DNA from: Eledone cirrhosa | Taxonomy: Eukaryota | Assembly: GCA_964016885.1 (NCBI GenBank) | Contig: OZ024757.1 | Span: forward strand, 2,852,001-2,916,000 | Direction: 5' to 3' | Length of the DNA: 64,000 nucleotides | Shown here: one piece after another, positions 54,101 to 64,000 of the stretch | How positions within the stretch are numbered: position 1 is the first letter of the stretch | Layout: each line of letters begins with the position of its first letter | Notes under the pieces: model-generated | The model's input: the letters and a program-made list of their open reading frames with translations, nothing else | The model's database searches: none | What the model was told of the DNA's origin: nothing | Program-made: the position numbers and the translations under genes

Positions 54101-56830
54101 ACATGTCTGTAGTATCTGAGCTGTGATCTCTCAATTTAGAGATTCTTTCCTGAGACATTCTAACCACATATCTGTAGTATCGGAGCTGTGATCTCTCAAT
54201 TCAGAGTTTCCTTTCTGAGACATTCTAAGCACATGTCTATAGCATCAGAGCTGTGATCTCTAAATTCAGAAATTCTATCCTGAGATATTCTAACCACATA
54301 TCGGTAGTATCAGAGCTGTGATCTCTCAATTCAGAGATTCTTTCCTGAGACATTCAAACCACATGTCTGTAGTATCAGAGGTGTGATCTCTCAATTCAAA
54401 GATTATTTCCTGAGACATTCTAACCTAATGACAAAAGTATCAGAGCTGTGATCTCTCAATTCAGAGATTCTTTCCAGAGACATTCTAACCACATGACCAT
54501 AGTATCAGAGCTGTGTTCTCTCAATTCAGAGATTCTTTCCAGAGACATTCTAACCCAATGTCTATAGTATCAGAGATGTGATCTCCCCATTCAGAGATTC
54601 TTTCCTGAGACATTCTAACCACATGTCTGTAGTATCAGAGCTGTGATCTCTCAATTCAGAGATTCTTTCCTGAGACATTCTAAACACATGTCTATAGTGT
54701 CAGAGCTGTGATCTCTCAATTCAGAGATTCTTTCCTGAGACATTCTAATCACATGGCTGTAGTATCAGAGCTGTGATCTCTCAATTCAGAGACTCTTTCC
54801 TGAGGCATTCTAAACACATGTCTAAAGTGTCAGAGCTGTGATCTCTCAATTCAGAGATTCTTTCCTGAGACATTCAAACCACATGTCTGTAGTATCAGAG
54901 CTGTGATCTCTCAATTCAGAGATTCTTTCCTGAGACATTCTAACCACATGTCTGTAGTATCAGAGCTGTGATCTCTCAATTCAGAGATTCTTTCCTGAGA
55001 CATTCTAGCCACATGTCTATAGTATCAGAACTATGATCTCTCAATTCAGAGATTCTTTCCTGAGTGATTCTAACCACATGTCAGTAGTATCAGAGCTGTG
55101 ATCTCTCAATTCAGAGATTCTTTCCTGAAACATTCTAACTACATGTCTGTAGTATCAGAGCTGTGATCCCTCAATTTAGAGATTCTTTCCTGAGACATTC
55201 TAACCACATATCTGTAGTATCAGAGCTGTGATCTCTCAATTCAGAGATTCTTTCCTGACACATTCTAACCACACGTCTATACTATCAGAGCTGTGATCTC
55301 TCAATTCAAAGATTCTTTCCTGATATAATTCTAACCACATATCTATAGTATCAGAGCTGTGATCTCTCAATTCAAAGATTCTTTCGAGAGATATTCTTAC
55401 CACATGTTTGTAGTATCAGAGCTGTGATCTCTCAATTCAGAGATTCTTTCCTGAGACATTCTAACCACATGTCTGTAGTATCAGATCTGTGATCTCTCAA
55501 TTCAGAGATTCTTTCCTGAGTGATTCTAACCACATGTCTGTAGTATCAGAGGTGTGATTTCTCAATTCAGAGATTCTTTCCTGAGACATTCTAAACAGAT
55601 GTCTATAGTTTCAGAGCTTTGATCTCTCAATTCAGAGATTCTTTCCTGAGACATTCTAACCACATGTCTATAGTATCAGAGCTGTGATCTCTCAATTCAG
55701 AGATTCTTTCCTGAGACATTCTAGCCACATGGCTGTAGTATCAGAGCTGTGATCTCTCAATTCAGAGATTCTTTCCTGAGACATTCTAACCACATGGCTG
55801 TAGTATCAGGGCTGTGATTTCTCAATTCAGAGATTCTTTCCTGAGACATTCTAAACAGATGTCTATAGTTTCAGAGCTTTGATCTCTCAATTCAGAGATT
55901 CTTTCCTGAGACATTCTAACCACATGTCTATAGTATCAGAGCTGTGATCTCTCAATTCAAAGATTCTTTCCAGAGATATTCTTACCACATGTCTGTAGTA
56001 TCAGAGCTGTGATCTCTCAATTAAGAGATTCTTTCCTGAGACATTCTAACCTCATGGCTGTAGTATCAGAGCTGTGATCTCTCAATTCAAAGATTCTTTC
56101 CTAATATAATTCTAACCACATATCTATAGTATCAGAGCTGTGATCTCTCAATTCAAAGATTCTTTCGAGAGATATTCTTACCACATGTTTGTAGTATCAG
56201 AGCTGTGATCTCTCAATTCAGAGATTCTTTCCTGAGACATTCTAACCACATGTCTGTAGTATCAGAGCTGTGATCTCTCAATTCAGAGATTCTTTCCAGA
56301 GACATTCTAGCCACATGTCTATAGTATCAGAGCTGTGATCTCTCAATTCAGAGATTCTTTCCTGAGACATTCAAACCACATGTCTATAGTATCAGAGCTG
56401 TGATCTCTCAATTCATAGATTCTTTCCAGAGACATTCTAACCACATGACCATAGTATCAGAGCTGTAATCTCTCAATTCAGAGATTCTTTCCAGAGACAT
56501 TCTAACCACATGTCTATAATATCAGCGCTGTGATCTCTCCATTGAGAGATTCTTTCCTGAGACATTCTAACCACATGGCTGTAGTATCAGAGCTGTGATC
56601 TCTCAATTCAAAGATTCTTTCCTGAGATAATTCTAACCACATATCTATAGTATCAGAGCTGTGATCTCTCAATTCAAAGACTCTTTCCAGAGATATTCTT
56701 ACCACATGTCTGTAGTATCAGAGCTGTGATCTCTCAATTCAGAGATTCTTTCCTGAGACATTCTAACCACATGTCTGTAGTATCAGAGCTGTGATCTCTC
56801 AATTCAGAGATTCTTTCCTGAGACATTCTA
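48140..56830. repeat. Tandem duplication of 4295 bp (66 monomers)
   Basis: ORF 52219 to 56514; cagatctgtg 51191 to 55486; tcatgagac 49398 to 53693. The match breaks at 52536 vs 56831. Confidence 0.85.
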
Positions 56831-59800
56831 GCCACATGTCTATAGTATCAGAACTGTGATCTCTCAATTCAGAGATTCTTTCCTGAGTGATTCTAACCAC
56901 ATGTCAGTAGTATCAGAGCTGTGATCTCTCAATTCAGAGATTCTTTCCTGAAACATTCTAACTACATGTCTGTAGTATCAGAGCTGTGATCCCTCAATTT
57001 AGAGATTCTTTCCTGAGACATTCTAACCACATATCTGTAGTATCAGAGCTGTGATCTCTCAATTCAGAGTTTCTTTCCTGAGACATTCTAAGCACATGGC
57101 TGTAGTATCAGAGCTGTGATCTCTCAATTCAGAAATTCTTTCCTGAAATATTCTAACCACATATCGGTAGTATCAGAGCTGTGATCTCTCAATGCAGAGA
57201 TTCTTTCCTGAGACATTCTAACCACATGTCTAAAGTATCAGAGCTGTGATCTCTCAATTCAGAGATTCTTTCCTGAGACATTCAAACCACATGTCTGTAG
57301 TATCAGAGGTGTGATCTCTCAATTCAAAGATTCTTTCCTGAGACATTCTAACTACATGTCTGTAGTATCAGAGCTGTGATCTGTCAATTCAGAGATTCTT
57401 TCCAGAGACATTCTAACCACATGACCATAGTATCAGAGCTGTGATCTCTCAATTCAGAGATTCTTTCCAGAGACATTCTAACCACATGTCTACAGTATCA
57501 GAGATGTGATCTCTCCATTCAGAGATTCTTTCCTGAGACATTCTAACCACATGTCTGTAGTATCAGAGCTGTGATCTCTCAATTCAAAGATTCTTTCCAG
57601 AGATATTCTTACCACATCTCTGTAGTATCAGAGCTGTGATCTCTCAATTCAGAGATTCTTTCCTGAGACATTCTAGCCACATGTCTAAAGTATCAGAGCT
57701 GTGATCTCTCAATTCAGAGATTCTTTCCTGAGTGATTCTAACCACATGTCAGTAGTATCAGAGGTGTGATCTCTCAATTCAGAGATTCTTTCCTGAGACA
57801 TTCTAACCACATGTCTACAGTATCAGAGATGTGATCTCTCCATTCAGAGATTCTTTCGTGAGACATTCTAACCACATTTCTGTAGTATCTGAGCTGTGAT
57901 CTCTCAATTAAGAGATTCTTTCCTGAGACATTCTAACCACATGGCTGTAGTATCAGAGCTGTGATCTCTCAATTCAAAGATTCTTTCCTAATATAATTCT
58001 AACCACATATCTATAGCATCAGAGCTGTGATCTCTCAATTCAAAGATTCTTTCGAGAGATATTCTTACCACATGTTTGTAGTATCAGAGCTGTGATCTCT
58101 CAATTCAGAGATTCTTTCCTGAGACATTCTAAGCACATGGCTGTAGTATCAGAGCTGTGATCTCTCAATTCAGAAATTCTTTCCTGAAATATTCTAACCA
58201 CATATCGGTAGTATCAGAGCTGTGATCTCTCAATGCAGAGATTCTTTCCTGAGACATTCTATCCAAATGTCTAAAGTATCAGAGCTGTGATCTCTCAATT
58301 CAGAGATTCTTTCCTGAGACATTCAAACCACATGTCTGTAGTATCAGAGGTGTGATCTCTCAATTCAAAGATTCTTTCCTGAGACATTCTAACTACATGT
58401 CTGTAGTATCAGAGCTGTGATCTGTCAATTCAGAGATTCTTTCCAGAGACATTCTAACCACATGACCATAGTATCAGAGCTGTGATCTCTCAATTCAGAG
58501 ATTCTTTCCAGAGACATTCTAACCACATGTCTACAGTATCAGAGATGTGATCTCTCCATTCAGAGATTCTTTCCTGAGACATTCTAACCACATGTCTGTA
58601 GTATCAGAGCTGTGATATCTCAATTCAGAGATTCTTTCCTGACACATTCTAACCACACGTCTATACTATCAGAGCTGTGATCTCTCAATTCAAAGATTCT
58701 TTCCTGATATAATTCTAACCACATATCTATAGTATCAGAGCTGTGATCTCTCAATTCAAAGATTCTTTCGAGAGATATTCTTACCACATGTTTGTAGTAT
58801 CAGAGCTGTGATCTCTCAATTCAGAGATTCTTTCCTGAGACATTCTAACCACATGTCTGTAGTATCAGAGCTGTGATCTCTCAATTCAGAGATTCTTTCC
58901 AGAGACATTCTAGCCACATGTCTATATTATCAGAGCTGTGATTTCTCAAATCAGAGATTCTTTCCTGAGTGATTCTAACCACATGTCTGTAGTATCGGAG
59001 GTGTGATTTCTCAATTCAGAGATTCTTTCCTGAGACATTCTAACCAGATGTCTATAGTTTCAGAGCTTTGATCTCTCAATTCAGAGATTCTTTCCTGAGA
59101 CATTCTAACCACATGTCTATAGTATCAGAGCTGTGATCTCTCAATTCAGAGATTCTTTCCTGAGACATTCTAGCCACATGGCTGTAGTATCAGAGCTGTG
59201 ATCTCTCAATTCAGAGATTCTTTCCTGAGACATTCTAACCACATGGCTGTAGTATCAGGGCTGTGATCTCTCAATTCAAAGATTCTTTCCTGAGATAATT
59301 TTAACCACATATCTATAGTATCAGAGGTGTGATCTCTCAATTCAGAGATTCTTTCCTGAGACATTCTAACCACATGTCTACATTATCAGAGATGTGATCT
59401 CTCCATTCAGAGATTCTTTCGTGAGACATTCTAACCACATTTCTGTAGTATCTGAGCTGTGATGTCTCAATTAAGAGATTCTTTCCTGAGACATTCTAAC
59501 CACATGGCTGTAGTATCAGAGCTGTGATCTCTCAATTCAAAGATTCTTTCCTAATATAATTCTAACCACATATCTATAGTATCAGAGCTGTGATCTCTCA
59601 ATTCAAAGATACTTTCGAGAGATATTCTTACCACATGTTTGTAGTATCAGAGCTGTGATCTCTCAATTCAGAGATTCTTTCCTGAGACATTCTAACCAAA
59701 TGTCTGTAGTATCAGAGCTGTGATCTCTCAATTCAGAGATTCTTTCCAGAGACATTCTAGCCACATGTCTATAGTATCAGAGCTGTGATCTCTCAATTCA

Positions 59801-62800
59801 GAGATTCTTTCCTGAGTGATTCTATCCACATGTCTGTAGTATCAGAGGTGTGATTTCTCAATTCAGAGATTCTTTCCTGAGACATTCTAACCAGATGTCT
59901 ATAGTTTCAGAGCTTTGATCTCTCAATTCAGAGATTCTTTCCTGAGACATTCTAACCACATGTCTATAGCATCAGAGCTGTGATCTCTCAATTCAGAGAT
60001 TCTTTCCTGAGACATTCTAACCACATGGCTGTAGTATCAGAGCTGTGATCTCTCAATTCAAAGATTCATTCCTGAGATAATTCTAACCCCATATCTATAG
60101 TATCAGAGCTGTGATCTCTCAATTCAGAAATTCTTTCCTGAGACATTCTAACCACATATCGGTAGTATCAGAGCTGTGATCTCTCAATGCAGAGATTCTT
60201 TCCTGACACATTCTAACCACATGTCTATAGTATCAGAGCTGTGATCTCTCAAATCAGAGATTCTTTCCTGAGACATTCAAACCACATGTCTATAGTATCA
60301 GAGCTGTGATCTCTCAATTCAGAGATTCTTTCCTGAGACATTCAAACCACATGTCTATAGTATCAGAGCTGTGATCTCTCAATTCAAAGATTCTTTCCTG
60401 AGACATTCTAACTACACATCTGTAGTATCAGAGCTGTAATCTCTCAATTCATAGATTCTTTCCAGAGACATTCTAACCACATGACCATAGTATCAGAGCT
60501 GTAATCTCTCAATTCAGAGATTCTTTCCAGAGACATTCTAACCACATGTCTATAGTATCAGCGCTGTGATCTCTCCATTCAGAGATTCTTTCCTGAGACA
60601 TTCTAACCACATGTCTGTAGTATCAGAGCTGTGATCTCTCAATTCAGAGATTCTTTCCTGAGACATTCTAACCACATGGCTGTAGTATCAGAGCTGTCAT
60701 CTCTCAATTCAAAGATTCATTCCTGAGATAATTCTAACCCCATATCTATAGTATCAGAGCTGTGATCTTTCAATTCAAAGATTCTTTCCAGAGATATTCT
60801 TACCACATGCCTGTAGTATCAGAGCTGTGATCTCTCAATTCAGAGATTCTTTCCTGAGACGTTCTAACCACATGTCTGTAGTATCAGAGGTGTGATCTCT
60901 CAATTCAAAGATTCTTTCCTGAGACATTCTAACTACATGTCTGTAGTATCAGAGCTGTGATCTGTCAATTCAGAGATTCTTTCCAGAGACATTCTAAACA
61001 CATGACCATAGTATCAGAGCTGTGATCTCTCAATTCAGAGATTCTTTCCAGAGACATTCTAACCACATGTTTGTAGTATCAGAGCTGTGATCTCTCAATT
61101 CAGAGATTCTTTCCTGAGACATTCTAACCACATGTCTGTAGTATCAGAGCTGTGATCTCTCAATTCAGAGATTCTTTCCAGAGACATTCTAGCCACATGT
61201 CTATAGTGTCAGAGCTGGGATTTCTCAATTCAGAGATTCTTTCCTGAGTGATTCTAACCACATGTCTGTAGTATCAGAGCTGTGATCTCTCAATTCAGAG
61301 ATTCTTTCCTGAGACATTCTAGCCACATGTCTATAGTATCAGAGCTGTGATCTCTCAATTCAGAGATTCTTTCCTGAGTGATTCTAACCACATGTCAGTA
61401 GTATCAGAGGTGTGATCTCTCAATTCAGAGATTCTTTCCTGAGACATTCTAACCAGATGTCTGTAGTATCAGAGCTGTGATCTCTCAATTCAGAGATTCT
61501 TTCATGAGACATTCTAAAGACATGACAATAGTAACAGAGCTGTGATCTCTCAATTCAGAGATTCCTTCCAGAGACACACTAACCACATGTCTGTAGTATC
61601 AGAGCTGTGATCTCTCAATTCAGAGTTTCTTTCCTGAGACATTCTAAGCACATGTCTATAGTATCAGAGCTGAGATCTCTCAATTCAGAGATTCTTTCAT
61701 GAGACATTCTAACTACATGTCTGTAGTATCAGAGCTGTGATCTCTAAATTTAGAGATTCTTTTCTGAGACATTCTAACCACATATCTGTAGTATCAGAGC
61801 TGTGAACTCTCAATTCAGAGTTTCTTTCCTGAGACATTCTAGTCACATGTCTATAGTATCAGAGCTGTGATCTCTCAATTCAGAGATTATTTCCTGAGAC
61901 ATTCTAACTACATGTCTGTAGTATCTGAGCTGTGATCTCTCAATTTAGAGATTCTTTCCGAGACATTCTAACCACATATCTGTAGTATCGGAGCTGTGAT
62001 CTCTCAATTCAGAGTTTCCTTCCTGAGACATTCTAAGCACATGTCTATAGCATCAGAGCTGTGATCTCTAAATTCAGAAATTCTATCCTGAGATATTCTA
62101 ACCACATATCGGTAGTATCAGAGCTGTGATCTCTCAATTCAGAGATTCTTTCCTGAGACATTCAAACCACATGTCTGTAGTATCAGAGGTGTGATCTCTC
62201 AATTCAAAGATTATTTCCTGAGACATTCTAACTACATGTCTGTAGTATCAGAGCTGTGATCTGTCAATTCAGAGATTCTTTCCAGAGACATTCTAACCAC
62301 ATGACCATAGTATCAGAGCTGTGATCTCTCAATTCAGAGATTCTTTCCAGAGACATTCTAACCACATGTCTACAGTATCAGAGATGTGATCTCTCCATTC
62401 AGAGATTCTTTCCTGAGACATTCTAACCACATGTCTGTAGTATCAGAGCTGTGATATCTCAATTCAGAGATTCTTTCCTGAGACATTCTAATCACATGGC
62501 TGTAGTATCAGAGCTGTGATCTCTCAATTCAGAGACTCTTTCCTGAGGCATTCTAACCACATGTCTAAAGTGTCAGAGCTGTGATCTCTCAATTCAGAGA
62601 TTCTTTCCTGAGACATTCAAACCACATGTCTGTAGTATCAGAGGTGTGATCTCTCAATTCAAAGATTCTTTCCTGAGACATTCTAACTACATGTCTGTAG
62701 TATCAGAGCTGTAATCTCTCAATTCATAGATTCTTTGCAGAGACATTCTAACCCCATGACCATAGTATCAGAGCTGTGATCTCTCAATTCAGAGGTTCTT

Positions 62801-64000
62801 TCCAGAGACGTTCTAACCACATGTCTATCGTATCAGAGCTGTGATCTCTCCATTGAGAGATTATTTCCTGAGACATTCTAACCACATGGCTGTAGTATCA
62901 GGGCTGTGATCTCTCAATTCAAAGATTCTTTCCTGAGATAATTCTAACCACATATCTATAGTATCAGAGCTGTGATCTCTCAATTCAAAGACTCTTTCCA
63001 GAGATATTCTTACCACATGTCTGTAGTATCAGAGCTGTGATCTCTCAATTCAGAGATTCTTTCCTGAGACATTCTAACCACATGTCTGTAGTATCAGAGC
63101 TGTGATCTCTCAATTCAGAGATTCTTTCCTGAGACATTCTAGCCACATGTCTATAGTATCAGAACTGTGATCTCTCAATTCAGAGATTCTTTCCTGAGTG
63201 ATTCTAACCACATGTCAGTAGTATCAGAGCTGTGATCTCTCAATTCAGAGATTCTTTCCTGAAACATTCTAACTACATGTCTGTAGTATCAGAGCTGTGA
63301 TCTGTCAATTCAGAGATTCTTTCCAGAGACATTCTAACCACATGTCTAAAGTATCAGAGCTGTGATCTCTCAATTCAGAGATTCTTTCCTGAGACATTCA
63401 AACCACATGTCTGTAGTATCAGAGGTGTGATCTCTCAATTCAAAGATTCTTTCCTGAGACATTCTAACTACATGTCTGTAGTATCAGAGCTGTGATCTGT
63501 CAATTCAGAGATTCTTTCCAGAGACATTCTAACCACATGACCATAGTATCAGAGCTGTGATCTCTCAATTCAGAGATTCTTTCCAGAGACATTCTAACCA
63601 CATGTCTACAGTATCAGAGATGTGATCTCTCCATTCAGAGATTCTTTCCTGAGACATTCTAACCACATGTCTGTAGTATCAGAGCTGTGATATCTCAATT
63701 CAGAGATTCTTTCCTGACACATTCTAACCACACGTCTATACTATCAGAGCTGTGATCTCTCAATTCAAAGATTCTTTCCTGATATAATTCTAACCACATA
63801 TCTATAGTATCAGAGCTGTGATCTCTCAATTCAAAGATTCTTTCGAGAGATATTCTTACCACATGTTTGTAGTATCAGAGCTGTGATCTCTCAATTCAGA
63901 GATTCTTTCCTGAGACATTCTAACCACATGTCTGTAGTATCAGAGCTGTGATCTCTCAATTCAGAGATTCTTTCCAGAGACATTCTAGCCACATGTCTAT

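Larger units (their letters stand above)
1..64000. repeat. Tandem satellite DNA array, 65-bp monomer, about 980 head-to-tail copies, running off both window ends
   Basis: The unit gagacattct-aaccacatgt-ct(g/a)tagtatc-agagctgtga-tctctcaatt-cagagattct-ttcct (65 nt) recurs continuously from base 1 to 64000, with only a few substitutions per copy. Every long-range offset I measured equals n x 65 plus a few bases (2603=40x65+3, 7357=113x65+12, 4295=66x65+5). Confidence 0.99.

Noticed and set aside
1323-56705. 18 near-identical 63-aa minus-strand ORFs (MVRISLERVFELRDHSSDT...)
   Set aside because: Each is just three satellite monomers. The 66-bp variant keeps one frame for a second 22-aa unit and the ccattgag variant removes a stop. 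The 65-bp unit is not a multiple of 3, there is no non-repeat promoter context, and I recognise no domain. Their identity reflects HOR duplication, not evident coding selection.
61951-61970. Single 64-bp monomer (ttccgagac)
   Set aside because: It is an isolated 1-bp deletion that cannot be told apart from a consensus error, so it is not a feature on its own.
1-64000. CRISPR-like array (period about 65 bp with partially palindromic segments)
   Set aside because: The period resembles repeat plus spacer, but there are no unique spacers. The whole 65 bp is conserved between units, and there is no leader or cas gene.
1-64000. Long repeat-protein gene or tandem tRNA/snRNA/5S cluster
   Set aside because: The ORF track shows nothing longer than 63 aa, and the 65-bp period shifts frame into stops. 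I see no cloverleaf, no A/B boxes, no Pol III T-run terminator and no recognisable RNA family sequence.
1-64000. Assignment to human beta satellite (68-bp Sau3A), alpha satellite or a CENP-B box
   Set aside because: Monomer length and sequence do not match these as I know them. The shared GATC site is trivial, and I saw no TTCG....A..CGGG motif.
1-64000. Hidden insertion, inversion or transposon remnant within the array
   Set aside because: Reading through the window I found no non-monomer stretch or strand switch, and the measured offsets stay in 65-bp register. A very small insertion could have escaped a by-eye read.

Overview
The whole 64 kb window is one uninterrupted head-to-tail tandem satellite array of a 65-bp monomer (consensus GAGACATTCTAACCACATGTCT(G/A)TAGTATCAGAGCTGTGATCTCTCAATTCAGAGATTCTTTCCT, about 40% GC, roughly 980 copies, one orientation). 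I see no unique DNA, genuine genes, RNA genes, transposon insertions, inversions or CRISPR spacers. The 18 predicted 63-aa ORFs are a by-product of one recurring three-monomer variant combination, but they are useful landmarks. The information in the window is hierarchical. The monomer contains three near-adjacent dyad symmetries. Monomer variants are ordered into a higher-order repeat (HOR) of about 40 monomers (2603 bp, with 37-49-mer variants) that is itself built from older reused modules. A diverged ~14-monomer block recurs seven times. On top of this lie very recent, nearly identical, in-register duplications with offsets of 0.8-11.5 kb. This looks like eukaryotic heterochromatic or (peri)centromeric satellite DNA. 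I cannot assign the species or a named satellite family from the sequence alone, and I found no evidence of a new coding system.
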